64,000 bases of DNA from Scenedesmus sp. PABB004 (lineage: Eukaryota): assembly GCA_014905635.1 (NCBI GenBank), contig JABVCE010000038.1, positions 124,001-188,000 on the forward strand. The letters run 5' to 3'. The position numbers were made by a program, and so were the translations under genes. Under the pieces are notes generated by a model. That model was not told the DNA's origin and searched no databases. It saw only the letters and a list, made by a program, of their open reading frames with translations. Positions 24,432 to 35,986 of the stretch are shown one piece after another. Positions within the stretch are counted from its first letter, which is position 1. Each line of letters starts with the position of its first letter.

Positions 24432-25820
24432 TCACGCCCCGCCGAGCGCGCCGCCCGCGAGCGCCGGGAACCAGTACAGCCGCACGCGGTCGGGCGCGCC
24501 GTCGTCGACCATCGCGACGCCGTCCTTCAGCAGCTCCCCGAGCACGCGCTCGCAGCGCGCCGCCGTCCAGCCCGCGCGCGCCGCGAGCTCGGCTGCGCGC
24601 GGTCGCGGTCGCGGCGGCGGCGGCGCCGCCGCGCGCGCTCGGGCGCGGGCCGTGCGCGTGTGCCGCCCGCGCGCGGGGCGCCGCCCGCGCGCCGCACCCG
24701 CGCTGATGCAGCCGCCGGCCTGGGCGAGCTCGAGCACGCGGTTCTTGTCCATGCTGAACTCGCCCGGCACGCTGCGAATGTAGGTGGACGCGCCGATCGT
24801 CGTGACGTCGATGCCGCCACCCAGCACCTGGCCGCGCCCGGCGGGCGTGGGCCGGCGGCAGGGACGGCGCGGCGCGGCGCGGCCCACGGCGCCGCGGCGA
24901 GGCCTGAGGCCTGGCGCCGCGCGGCGCCCGGCAGCGCGCGCGGCGTGGCGCGCCCGCGGCAGCGCGGGCGGCACCTTGAGCTTCTTGACCGCTCGCACGA
25001 TGTCATCCTCGCTCACCGGGTCGGCCAGGCCGCCGCGCCGCCGCTCGACCGCGGCGCGCAGCTGCCCCAGCTCCATGAGCCCCCCGTTCAGCGGCCGGCT
25101 CGCGAGGCAGGCCTCCAGCAGCTGCGCGCGCGGCGGGCGGCGGCCGCGCGGCGCGCCCGGGCCTCGGCGCGGGGCGGGCGGCGGCGCCGGCGCGGCGCGC
25201 GCGCGCCGCGGCCCGGCCGCAGCACCCGCGCCTGGGCCGGAGCGGCGGGCGCCGGCCCCCTGCCGGCGCCCCTGCCGGCCCGCGCGCCTGCACGCCCAGC
25301 TCGTAGTAGAAGTCTCCAAAGCCCAGCAGCTCGTTCCACATGCCCTGCGCCGCGCGGCGGCGCGGCGCGCGGCGCCTCGGCGCGCCGCCCCCGCCCCCGG
25401 CGCTGGCCGGGCCCCGCGCGCGGGCGCGCCGCCTCCCCCGCCGCCGGCGGCGCGGCGCCCCGCGGCGGCGCGCCTTGTTGGAGGCGAGCGGGTCGACGCC
25501 GACCGCGGCGCACATGGTGTGGAACTGGGCCCGGAAGACCGGGTCGCGCCGGATGTCTGCCTTGTGCTTCAGCGCAAACTCGCGCAGCTTGGCCTGGAAC
25601 GTGGCGAGCTGGTCCTTCATCTGCTGCAGCCCCGCGCGCCGCACCTCCTCGCCCGCGCTCTTGTACTGCTCCTGTGGGGAGCGGTTGCGCGTGCGCGCGC
25701 GTCGGCGGCGGCCGGGCGGCGCGGGGGTGCTCCGCGGGGGCGCTGCAGCGCGCGGCGCCGCCAGCGCACCCGGGCCTGCACATCGCGCTGGATGCCGGCG
25801 ATGCCGGGCCGCCGCCGCAT
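24432..25820 (-). CDS. VPS22: ESCRT-II subunit VPS22/SNF8 (EAP30)
   Basis: MRRRPGIAGIQ start; FALKHKADIRRDPVFRAQFHTMCAAVGVDPLASNKGMW..LLGFGDFYYELGVQ; SEDDIVRAVKKLKVLGGG; RSVPGEFSMD; LYWFP. Confidence 0.95.
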
Positions 25821-26210
25821 GTGGTGGGCGGCTCCAGCAGGGGAAGCTCGCCCTCGCGGCCGCGGCGCGCCGCTGCTGGCGCCGCTGCCGCTGCTCGCGC
25901 GCCGCTGCCGCCCGGCCGGAGCAGCAGCTGTCCCTCTGCTGGCTACGCCCACAGCTGAGGTATGGGCGCCTGACCGCGCGGGGGCTGCGCCGTGTGGGCG
26001 GCAGCAGCAGCCGCGTCTGGCGCGGGGGGCGACGCGAGCACGTTGTGGGCCGCTGTGCGGGCGGTTCGGCGTGTAGCGCGCGTGGCCTGGCGCGCCCGGT
26101 TTCCAAGCCCGGAAGACACGCGGTCAACCGAGCGCGGGGTTTGAGGGCGTCCCAGCGCCGCCGCCGCACACAGCTGGCCCCTCCTGGCCGGAGCCAGCAT
26201 CCCCGAGACC

Positions 26211-28074
26211 ATGGGCGTGGTCACGGTGGAGCTGCTCGACGACGGCGCCGCCGCCGACGGCGCCGCCGCCGACGGCGCCGGCGGCGCCGCCACCTGCCGA
26301 TATCGCTGCGACGCGCGGCTCCTGTGCTCGCAGATGCCGTTCTTCGCAGAGCACCTCGCCGGCCTGCCGCCCGGCCAGGACGCGGTGCTGACCGTCGCCT
26401 GCGCGCGGCCGACGTGGGAGTTTGTCCTCGCACAAGCGAAGGCGGCGGCCGGGCTCGCGCCCGCGCCGGCGCTGAGCGCGGGCAACGTGCTGCCCGTGCT
26501 CGCGGCCGCGCACTACTTGCGCATGACGGCGCTCGCCGACGACGCCGTGGGCTTTGTGTCGCGCAACCTATGCGCCCTGGCCGCGCGCGCCGCCGTCGAC
26601 CTGCGCGGCCTCGACGACGCGCTGGTCGGCCGCATCGCGCAGGTCGGCCACCTGGCGGCGCCCGCCCTGCAGCTGCGCGCGCGCGCGCGTGCACGTGCGC
26701 CCACACGGCGCCGCCGCCCGCCGCCGCGCCGCGCGGCAGGCGGCGCGCGAGGAGGAGCTGGAGGCGCTGCTCGCGCAGGGCGGCGCCAGCGCCGCGCTCG
26801 CGCAGGCGCTGTTCAAGCGCAGGCTGCAGGCGCTGCTGCGCGGCGAGGCATCGGTGCTGCTGCGCTGCGCGGCGTGCGGCCGTCTCTTTTCGGCAGGCCA
26901 CCACGCGCTGCTGCGCTGCACGGCGGCGGCGGGCGCGGGCGCGGGCGAGCGGTGCGCTGGCCGGGCAGCCGCGGGGGGTGGGGGGGGGGGGGGGGGGGGG
27001 GGGGGGCAGCGGGATCGGCGGCCGGCCGCCGCGCCGCCGCCGCCGTGCGCCACGCCGCCGCCGCGCCCGCGCAGGCTGGCGCTGCACGTGCCCGACCCTG
27101 GCTGGCGCCTGGCGCAATTTCTGGCGGCGGCGCGCCGCCCGTGCCAGCCCGACGGCGGCGCGCGGCCGGGCGAGCAGCGAGGCGCGGCGTGCGTCTCACC
27201 CTGGCGTGAGCTCTACTGGCTGGTCTGGGGCAGCGTCGTGGTGCAGCGCTGCGCCGCGTGCGGCGAGCACTACGCTCCGCGCCAGCACAGCCACTGCGCG
27301 TTCCACCCCCTGCCTGCCGTGTTCGCAAACGAGGCGGCGCACGGCGTGCACCCCTGCTGCGGGCGGCCCGCGTGGCGGCCGGGCGCGCCGCCGGCGGAGA
27401 GCGCGGCGTGCGCCGCGCGCGAGCACCAGCCCAGCACCGACCAGGTACGGCGGCGGGCGGGCGCGGGGGACGGCCGCGCGCTCGCGCCGCGCCGCGCGGC
27501 GGCGTGCCAGGGCAAGGCCCAGCCCTGCCGCCGCTCGCAGGAGGGCGCCGCGAGAGCGCTGCAGCTGCTGCGGCGCTTTGGCAGCTGCATTGCGGAGCCC
27601 TTCGCGCCTCCGCCGCCAGCTGTGCCGGCTGGCGGCGCGGTGCCGGGCGCGGGCGCTGGTGCGGGCAAGGGGAGCGGCCGCGACTGCGTCTGCACCGGGG
27701 ACGGCGGCCCCGACGATCGCTCGGCGTCCCACGCCGGCGTGGGCGGCGCCGCTGACGGGGAGCTGGCCGCTGCGGCGACGCGGCGCGTTGACCGCCGCGT
27801 GCTGCTGGAGCTGCTGCGGGCGGACGACGTGAGTGACCGCCGACGCTGAGCCCAGAGCGCTCTGGACAGCCGAGGGCGCTGCGCGCCGCGCGACCGCCCC
27901 GCGCGGCCTGAGCCCGCTGCGCCCCGCTGCTGCGCCGACCAGGCGCGCCGCATGGGCCTGCTGATGCGGCGGCTGGACGCGGGGCGGCTGCAGCCGCCAC
28001 CCACGGGCGCTGCCGCGGTGGAGGGCGGCGGCGCCGTCGGCCCGGCTGCCTGGGCGCGCGGCCGCAGCGTGTGA
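26211..28074 (+). CDS. BTB-fold protein of the KIAA1841/SANBR (DUF3342)-like family
   Basis: BTB-like region CDARLLCSQMPFFAEHL, LSAGNVLPVLAAAHYLRM..L. Cys/His-rich parts ELYWLVWG....CAACGEHY...HCAFHP and HPCCG. The last exon 27943-28074 continues LLRADD|ARRMGLLMRRL to TGA at 28072-28074. Confidence 0.7.
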
Positions 28075-28105
28075 GCAACAATCCGCCGCCGCGCCGCTGG
28101 CTGCG

Positions 28106-28110
28106 TTACA
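28106..28110 (-). promoter_or_regulatory. Candidate chlorophyte polyadenylation signal TGTAA for RPS30
   Basis: TTACA on the plus strand ~650 nt downstream of the RPS30 stop. TGTAA is the established Chlamydomonas-type signal and is rare in this GC-rich window. Confidence 0.35.
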
Positions 28111-28764
28111 CGACAACACCGCGCTCGTGTGCACGCGCCAGCCGGGGGCTCCCGCTGCTGTCGGCTCGCGACAGCGCCCCCGCGGGCCGCACCCCTGCTG
28201 GGTGGAAGGCCCGCATCCGGCCAGCGGGCAGCGCGAAACCGAGGCCTGCGAGGCGGGCAGCGACCGGGCGAGGGGGGCGTGAGCCGAGCGGCGTGGGGAC
28301 GCAGCTGCCGCCCGGCCGGGCGCCCGCTCGCTGCCGCTGCTTCCTGCCGTCGCTGCTTGCCGCTGCTGCTGCTTCCTGCTGCCCCCGCTGTCTGCCGCCG
28401 CGCCCGCCGCTGCACTCGCGCCGCTGCTGCTGCGACGCCGCCGCCATCGCTGTAGGCCCCCCGGCCGACGCCGCAGCCAGCCCTGCTGCTGTTGTTGCCT
28501 CCGTCATGGCACCGCCAGCCACCGCCGTGCCGGCTGCCGCCGCGGCTGCAGCGCAGCGCCAGTCCTGTGCTGCATCGCCAGCCGCCGCCAGCAGCCGCTG
28601 CGTGCGTCTCGCCGCTGCGTGCTCCGCTGCCGCCTGCCGCCCGCCGGCCGGCCGCCCAGCGCCTGCCACGCTGTCTGGCCGGCGCGGCGCCCATGCGGCC
28701 CCCGCCCGCGCGCGCGCGCACCTCCTGGACTCGGCGCGCGCAGGAACAGCAGCAGCAGCGGCGC

Positions 28765-29216
28765 TCACTGGCTGTTGGGGCCCTTCTTCTTGCCAAAGCC
28801 CACCACTGCGGCCGGCGGCGGGCCGGATCGGGGCCGTGGGCGGCGGGGCCGAGCCGCGGGCGCGCGGGCGCCGCCCGCCGGGCCCTCCATGGCCGCCAGG
28901 CGGCGCAGGCAGCAGGGGCGAGATGCGGGCCCGCCCCGCCGCCTCGCGGGCCCCGGCGCGCCCGGCGGCCTCACCGACGTTCACGAAGCGGCGGTTGTAC
29001 TTGATGCGCTTCATGGCGCGGCCCGTGGGCTTCTTCTTCTTCTCCTGCTTGGGGACCTTGGGCGCCTGGCCGCGCACCTTGCCGGCGCGGGCGAGCGAGC
29101 CGTGAACCTTGCCTGCGGACCGGGGGCGGGCGCGTGAGGGCGTCGCCTGGCGCGCAGGCGCCCGCCCGCCGCGCCGGGCGCAGGCGGCCCGCCCGCGCGG
29201 CCGCCGGCGCACCCAT
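28765..29216 (-). CDS. RPS30: 40S ribosomal protein S30 (eS30), 3 exons
   Basis: Exons 29216-29213, 29112-28975 and 28805-28765 give [60 protein letters not shown]. Confidence 0.98.
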
Positions 29217-29644
29217 GGCTGCTGCTGGCGTGTAGGACGCTGCCGCAAGGTCGTGGAAAGGGGCGGTCGCGGGCGGCGCGGGCTCGCTCGGCGCTGCAGC
29301 GGAGCAGCGCGGTCTAGGTCTCACCGCTCGCGAGCGGGGAGCGTCCACGCCCGCCGCTGCGGGTGGAGCCGCAGAACACGAGCTCGTGCAGGTGCCTGCT
29401 GCAGGCAGCCGGCGCCCAGCGGGGCCGCCGCCGCCGCCGACGCGCCTGTGCGCTGCTGCACAGGCCGCGAGCGGCGGCAGCAGCTCCGCCAGCGGTCCGG
29501 CAGCGGAGCGGCAGCCGCAGCATCTGCCAGCACGCAGCAAGACAAGCCGCAGCCGGTGCTCCGCAGCGGCGCCGCGGGGCACCAGCGGCGGCGCGACGCC
29601 TCGGGAGGGGCTGGCTGCGTCCGCGCCAGCCCCTGCTCAAGCCG

Positions 29645-30244
29645 GCGCTGCCTGTAGGTCGCCCACGGGGCGGGGCGGGGCGCCCGAGCCCCGGCGGCCG
29701 CTCGGCCTCGGCGGGCGCGACGGCGCTGGCGCGCGCGCGCCGCCCTGGCGGCGCGGCGCGACGCGGTGCAGGGCGGGGAGATCGGCCGGGCGGGGCTCTC
29801 GCAGCGCGGGTCGCGGCGGCTGCGGGAGCGTGCGGGCGCGGGCGGCGAACGGCCTGGCCCCGGCCGCGGGCGGCGCGGGCGCCCCCGCGCGGTCGCGGCG
29901 CGGGTGTCAGGAGCCATAACACCCGCCCCGCCGCGCGCTGCGCTCAAGGTTCCGGGCGGCCGCGTCGCCCGCGCGGGGAGGCGTGTAGCAGCAGCCCAGC
30001 AGCCAGGCACGGAGGGGGCGCGCACGCCGCCGCGCTAGCGACCGTCCCGAGCGGCGCGCATCGTCGACCCGCGCATCGTCGGCGCGGCGCGGCGCCGCCT
30101 GCAGAGGTGCGCAGTCGCGGTGTCGGCGCGCCGTGGGCGGGCCGGCGGCGGGCTTTGCCGCGCGCGGGGTCGCGGCGCAGGAAGGGGCCCGCCCCGGCGC
30201 CGGCGGGCGCGGAAGTCGAGTTCCGGGGGGGGGGGACAGCGTGT
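29645..30244 (+). repeat. Left arm of a ~600-bp inverted repeat (copy of 34082-34690)
   Basis: Near-identical to the reverse complement of 34082-34690. Shared strings include GCTCAAGGTTCCGGGCGGCC, CGCTAGCGACCGTCCCGAGC and GGAAGTCGAGTTCCGGGGGG. The ORF track shows the same peptides on opposite strands. Confidence 0.92.
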
Positions 30245-32212
30245 GTAGCAGCAGCCCAGCAGCGCACGGCCGCTGCTGGCGTGGACGGCGCTGCCACAGG
30301 TCCCGTCGCGAAGGGGCGGCGCTGCTGTGGCGCGCGCGGTCTGGGCCCTGGCCTTTACTCACTGCGGCCCTGAGCTGGCCCCGGGCCCGCGGCCTGGCTC
30401 TCCCTGCACGTGCGCACGCCCCCCCTCACCGGCCGGGCCGCACGAACAAACGGCAGCTGCAATCAGCCACAAGCAGCAGGCACGGGCGCCGCGCGGCACC
30501 GCGCGGCACTGATCCCCAGCAGCGGCGTCCAGGCCGCGCCGCCGGCAACTCGTGACCAGGTCACTGCCGGCGGCAACTCACGCGAGTGAGTGAGCAGTCC
30601 CTCGGGCATCAAGCGCGCGCCGGGGCAGCAATGTGCCGCCGGCGCTGGCAACCCCCGCCCCGCTCCACATGCGCGCGTTGCTCCGACCTTGGACCGCGTT
30701 CATAGGCGGTTGCTGCTGGCTGGCTGGCGCTCCAGGTTTTGATCAGAGTGAATGGCGCTCCGACGACGACACAAAGCAACGACGGGCGAGCGAGCAAGAC
30801 GAGCGGGACGATCAGGCGCCCGCCGGGGCGGGGCGCAGCAGCGCGCGCAACCAACGGCTGGATGCGTGCGAGCGGTTAGGTGATGACGCGCGCGCGGCGG
30901 CGCTAGCGCAGTGCCAAAGCGGGCCCCCGCCGGGCCGACCGACCGAGCCGCCCCCGCTGCCTCCCTGAGCCCTGAGCCAGCCGCCCGCTGATTCCCCGGA
31001 CCCGGTGTGCCTCGTCGTCGCTCCATCCCGTTCGCTCGTTCGTTCTAACGCGACCTGTTTCTTTCTTGCAAAAACTGCAAGGCAGCGGGCGGCGCGTGCC
31101 GCAACGGCCCCGCGCGCGCGCGCGGCGCGCGCGTGCGCGGGGGGTGGGGCGCCGCGCCCTAGCCTCCATCCGTGCTTATGCAAAAAGAAGCCCAAGGGTC
31201 AGCCACGGTGCGATGCCCAGCAGGGACCAGGGAGCGAGCAGGGCGGCGGCGGAGGCGCCGCGCGCCCTGCTGGGAGGAGGCGTTATGATGAATCGGGGGG
31301 ATCAATGGCGGTGCGGCGGAGCGAGTGATGATGATGCGCGCGGACGAGCAGCAGAGAGCCCCCGTCAGAGAGCCGCGCGCAGCAGAGAGAGCCCGTGCCC
31401 GTGCCCGCGCGCGCCATATATACACCAAAATACTCGGTGCCGCGCGGCAGGGCAGCCATCATCGGCGTCGCCGCCGCAGCGAGCGAGCAGAAGGAGAGTC
31501 GGCGGTCCTGCCGTCTCCGCCACCAGGCGCGCCTCGTCAGCGGCGTGCGGCAGCGCCGCTACGCACACAGTCTTCTTCTCTTTGTTGTGTGGCAAGTCAA
31601 AGCAAAGCGCGAGCGCGCGGGCCCGGGCGGCAGGCGTTTGCTTCTGCCGCCCGCCGCCGCGCGCGGTGGTTTAGGATGCTTTAGGATGCTTTAGGTGCTC
31701 ACGGGTTTGGGGTGCCGGCGGGGTCGTCGGAGAGAGATGTGGCCGCACGTGGGGGGCAGGCCTGCGTGCGGGCTGCGCAGCAAAGACAAGGCCATGGTGG
31801 TGCGGCGGGTGGGTTCAGGCGCGGGCGCGGCGCCCCTCGCAGAGGCGCCGCGCCGCGCCCGCGCCCACACGGCGCCCCGTGCGCGGCCGCGCACGGGGGC
31901 TGCCCGCCTGGCGGGCGCAGCGCGCGTCGGGGCACGCGCCGCGCCCGCCGGGCACGCGGCCTGGCAGTCATCCGGCCGGTGAACAGCACACAAAGAGAGG
32001 CGCGCACACATATGTGTGCCCCAGGCAGAACCCCGCGCGGTGTGACGCCGTCGATCAAGCAGCGCCGCCGTACGGCAGACGCATACCGCAGCGCAGGGCA
32101 GCGCTCAGGCTGACAATTCCGCTCCGCACGACGACCGACTGCCGCACCGCCAGGTGACGCGCGACAGCGTTGCGCTCCCAGCCCGGGGCGCAGCGCGCCG
32201 CCCGGCTGGCCC

Positions 32213-34003
32213 TCAGGCGCGGTCGGGGCGCGCGGCGTCGGGGCTGGAGCTCCGCTTGACGCTGCGGGCGGGGATGAAGACGCCCGTGCCCCGGCTGTTG
32301 CAGAGCTGGCCGCTCTTGACCACCTCTGCCAGCGGGTGCCACGCGCCGGCGACCGCCCAGCGCGGCGCCGCCTGCGCGGCGCTCACGCCGGCGCCGCCGG
32401 CGTCGCCCGGCGCGGCGCGCGGCGAGCCGCCGGCGCTGCCGCCGCTGCTCGTGGCGCCGCTGCCGCGCGTCAGCAGCACCGGCGGCGCCGCCGCCATGGC
32501 CGGCGGCGCCATGGGCAGCGTCGGCGGCAGCGGCGCGCTGAGCATGGCGACGCTGGGCCGGCCCGAGGGGCCGCCCGGCGGCGGCGCGGGCAGCCACGCC
32601 CGGCTCGCGGCGCCGACGTCGATCGAGGCGCGCCGCATGCCGCGGTCGTCCTCGGCGGGGCCCGGCGTGCCCCGCAGGCGCGCGGCGCCGTAGCCGCCCA
32701 CGTGGCCGTTGAAGCCGTCGTTCGAGATCGAGTGCCGCGACGGCGGCGCGAGCGCCGGCGCGCCGAGCTCGCCCCAGCCCTGCGCGGCGGCCGCTCCCGG
32801 CGACGCCTGGCGCGCAAAGGGGCTGTGCCCGCGGGGTGCCGCCTGCAGCGCGAGCAGGTAGCAGTCGACCGCGGCCGCCTCGGCCGCCGCGTGCGCGGCC
32901 GCCTGCGCGGCCGCGAGCGCGGCCGCGTGGTCGGCGGTGCGCGCCCAGACGTCGCCACCGCCGCCGGCGCCGGCGCCGGCGCCGTCGGCGTGGCCAAAGC
33001 GGCCGCGGGCGGCCGCCGGCTGGCCAAAGCCGCCGCCGCCGAGCGGCTGCGCGGGCGCCCCGCCGGCGGGCGCGGGCGCGTAGAGCAGGGAGTGCAGGTA
33101 CATCGGCTGCGCGGGGGCCGGCTCCAGGCCGCCCAGGTCGCAGCCCGACAGCGGGACGGCCATGGGCACGCTCTGGCTCATGCAGGACATGCTGCCGATG
33201 AGCTGCTGCTGCTGCTGGTGCTGCAGGGCCCCCAGGTCGATCGAGGTGCTGCCGCCCCGCGTGCCCAGGGCGGCCGCCGGCGAGAGCGCGCCGCCCGGCC
33301 AGGCCAGCTGCGGGCTGCGGGCGGGCGCGGCGCGGCCGCGGCGGGGCGGGCGGCGGTGAGCGGCGCGCGGGCGTCGCCGGCGGCGCCACGGCGCGCAGCC
33401 CTGCGCGCGCGCGCGCGCGTGCTGCGCCCCGCGGCCAGCCGCGCACCTGTGGAGGCCGCTCTGCTGCTGTCCCATCGTGGCGAGGGGCCCGTTGGGCGTG
33501 AAGGTCCCGTTGGGCGCGAAGCAGGAGCGCTGCTGGGTCGTGAAGCTCGTGTGCGGCGTCGCCGGCAGCGGGAGCGCGAGCGAGAGCGCCGGCGGCGGCG
33601 TGTTCCTCGCCTTGAGCTCGTTGAGCTCCGCCTTCATGCGCAGCAGCGTGTTGATCTCGTGGTCGATGTCGCTCTCCACGTCGGGCACGACGTCGGGGGG
33701 CGGGAAGGGCGCCCGCCCGCCAGGCCCGCCCGCCAGCTCCCCGTGCTGCTGCTGCGCCAGCGCGAGCGCCTCCAGCTGCTCCAGCATCGCCAGCAGCTCC
33801 TGCGGCAGGCCGCCGCCGGGCTGCTGCTGACCGGGCTGCCCCGCGCCGGCGGTGTCGGGGCGGGCGCCGATGCCGCCGACGCGCGGCGCCAGCATCGCCC
33901 CGCCGTGCCCGTGAGCGGCGTGGGCGGGCGCGACGCCCATCCAGTCGACGCTCGGCAGCGGCGTGGACAGGCTGAGCACCTCTGAGCGGACGTGGTTGGC
34001 CAT
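32213..34003 (-). CDS. Uncharacterised low-complexity protein with a short coiled-coil and a C-terminal GTGVFIP motif
   Basis: ATG at 34003 with coding-like codon usage. Probable intron at 33446-33315. Contains DIDHEINTLLRMKAELNELK and ends ...WHPLAEVVKSGQLCNSRGTGVFIPARSVKRSSSPDAARPDRA*. Confidence 0.65.
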   Translation of the reverse strand: MANHVRSEVLSLSTPLPSVDWMGVAPAHAAHGHGGAMLAPRVGGIGARPDTAGAGQPGQQQPGGGLPQELLAMLEQLEALALAQQQHGELAGGPGGRAPFPPPDVVPDVESDIDHEINTLLRMKAELNELKARNTPPPALSLALPLPATPHTSFTTQQRSCFAPNGTFTPNGPLATMGQQQSGLHRCAAGRGAQHARARAQGCAPWRRRRRPRAAHRRPPRRGRAAPARSPQLAWPGGALSPAAALGTRGGSTSIDLGALQHQQQQQLIGSMSCMSQSVPMAVPLSGCDLGGLEPAPAQPMYLHSLLYAPAPAGGAPAQPLGGGGFGQPAAARGRFGHADGAGAGAGGGGDVWARTADHAAALAAAQAAAHAAAEAAAVDCYLLALQAAPRGHSPFARQASPGAAAAQGWGELGAPALAPPSRHSISNDGFNGHVGGYGAARLRGTPGPAEDDRGMRRASIDVGAASRAWLPAPPPGGPSGRPSVAMLSAPLPPTLPMAPPAMAAAPPVLLTRGSGATSSGGSAGGSPRAAPGDAGGAGVSAAQAAPRWAVAGAWHPLAEVVKSGQLCNSRGTGVFIPARSVKRSSSPDAARPDRA

Positions 34004-34081
34004 CCTCGTGGGCAGCCTGGCGCGGCCTGCGCAGCGCGAGCCGGGCCGCGGCGCGGCGGCGGGAGGCCGGGTGAGGTGGGA

Positions 34082-34690
34082 ACACGCTGTGGGACCCCCC
34101 GGAACTCGACTTCCGCGCCCGCCGGCGCCGAGGCGGGCCCCTTCCTGCGCCGCGACCCCGCGCGCGGCAAAGCCCGCCGCCGGCCCGCCCACGGCGCGCC
34201 GACACCGCGACTGCGCACCTCTGCGGGCGGCGCCGCGCCGCGCCGACGATGCGCGGGTCGACGATGCGCGCCGCTCGGGACGGTCGCTAGCGCGGCGGCG
34301 TGCGCGCCCCCTCGGTGCCTGGCTGCTGGGCTGCTACACGCCTCCCCGCGCGGGCGACGCGGCCGCCCGGAACCTTGAGCGCGGCGCGCGGCGGGCGGGT
34401 GTTATGGCGCCTGACACCCGCGCCGCGACCGCGCGGGGGCGGCGCCCGCGCCGCCCGCGGCCGGGGCCAGGCCATTCGCCGCCCGCGCCCGTACGCGCCC
34501 GCAGCAGCCGCCGCGACCCGCGCTGCGAGAGCCCCGCCCGGCCGATCTCCCCGCCCTCTGCACCGCGTCGCGCCGCGCCGCCAGGGCGGCGCGCGCGCGC
34601 CAGCGCCGTCGCGCCCGCCGAGGCCGAGCGGCCGCCGGGGTCGGGCGCCCCGCCCCGCTCCGCCCTGTGGGCGGCCGCAGGCAGCAGCGG
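34082..34690 (-). repeat. Right arm of the inverted repeat; spans the divergent intergenic (promoter) region between the orphan gene and SmD1
   Basis: Reverse complement of 29645-30244. It lies between ATG 34003 (minus) and ATG 34704 (plus). Confidence 0.92.
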
Positions 34691-34703
34691 CGCAGCAGCA
34701 GCA

Positions 34704-35588
34704 ATGGTGAAGCTGGTCAGGTGCGGCCTCCCCCGGCCACCCCGCCCCCGCCCGGCCGTGCGCCGCGCCTCGCCGGCGCGGGGGCGCGCCCGCCCGGCCG
34801 CCGCGCGGCGCCGGCGGCGCGCGGCGCCTGCGTTTGGCACTGATGGCCGCCGCCGCCGCCGCGCGGCTGCTCCTCCAGGTTCCTCATGAAGCTGGCGAAC
34901 GAGTCGGTGCAGATAGAGCTCAAGAACGGCACCACGCTGCAGGGCACCATCACGGGTGCGCGGCGGCGGCGGCGCCGCTGCACGCGCGGCAGCGGCATCG
35001 CACGGGCGCGCGCCGGCGGCGGCGGCATGCGCGCGGTTGGGGCGCGCCCCCGCGGCGGCGGCGCCCCGCACCGGCGGCGCTGCAGCAGCGACCGGCAGCG
35101 GTGGCCGGCAGCGGCGGCCGCGCCGCCGCCGGCGCCCTCCCGCGCCACGGCCCCGCCCGCGCCGACCCGCGCGCGCGCGCGCCCCGCGCCCGCCGCCGCG
35201 CGGCCGCCAGGCGTGGACGTGGCCATGAACACGCACCTCAAGGCGGTGAAGCTCGTGCCGCGCGGCCGCGCGCCGATCTCGGTCGACGCGATGAGCGTGC
35301 GCGGCAGCACCATCCGCTACTACATCCTCCCCGACTCGCTCAACCTCGACACGCTGCTGGTCGACATCGACCAGCCCAAGCAGCGCCCGCTCAAGCCGCC
35401 GCGCACGGGTGCGGACGCGACGCGACGCGCGGCGCGCGGGAGGGGAGGGTGTGCGGGAGGCAGGGCGCGCGGCGCGCTGTGGCTGACACCGCCGCCGCCG
35501 CTGACGCCGCCACCGCCGCCGCCGCGCAGCCGCCGGGCGGGCGCGCGGGCGCGGCCGCGGGCGCGGGCGCGGCCGGGGCCGCACGTGA
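34704..35588 (+). CDS. SmD1: Small nuclear ribonucleoprotein Sm D1
   Basis: MVKLVRFLMKLANESVQIELKNGT..QGTITGVDVAMNTHLKAVKL...SVRGSTIRYYILPDSLNLDTLL, with an RG-repeat tail and TGA at 35586-35588. Confidence 0.97.
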
Positions 35589-35986
35589 GCGCGGGGCGCG
35601 CGAGAGGGGGGCCGAGCGGCGGCGCGGCGCCGAGGAGCGGGCGGCCGCGGCGCGCGGCGTGTGCGGGCTGGCTCCTCGCCCTGGCTGCCGCGCGTGCGGC
35701 GAGCGGCGAGCGGCGCTGCGGCGCTGGGCGGGGGGGGGGGACGGCTGGGGGGCGTCGGGACGGGGCGAGGGAGGGAGGGGGCACGCGCGGCAGCGCGCTG
35801 CCGCGGGTCGGCTGCGCGGGGTGTCGGGCCGCTGCGCGCGTGTGACACGCGACGGCGCTCCGCGAGGCCGCGCGACGGTTGCCGGCCGCGCAGCGCGCCC
35901 CTCCCCGCGCCAGCTAGCCAGCCGCGAGCGCGCGCGGGGCCCCGCGCCGCCGCCGCCGCGCCTGCCGCGCCGCGCCGCCGCGCCGC

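Noticed and set aside
26980..27006. Long G homopolymer (similar C/G runs near 39781 and 48779)
   Set aside because: Intronic simple-sequence runs, common in GC-rich algal genomes and error-prone in length. No evidence of function.
28765..29216. RPS30 without an N-terminal ubiquitin-like fusion
   Set aside because: The unfused form is normal in plants, algae and fungi.
30245..32150. Possible coding gene between the left repeat arm and the orphan gene
   Set aside because: No exon-like codon bias or recognisable motif. It looks like UTR/intergenic sequence.
29645..34690. Autonomous DNA transposon defined by the inverted repeats
   Set aside because: No transposase motifs in the interior, no sharp termini and no target-site duplication seen. 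Kept only as an inverted duplication.
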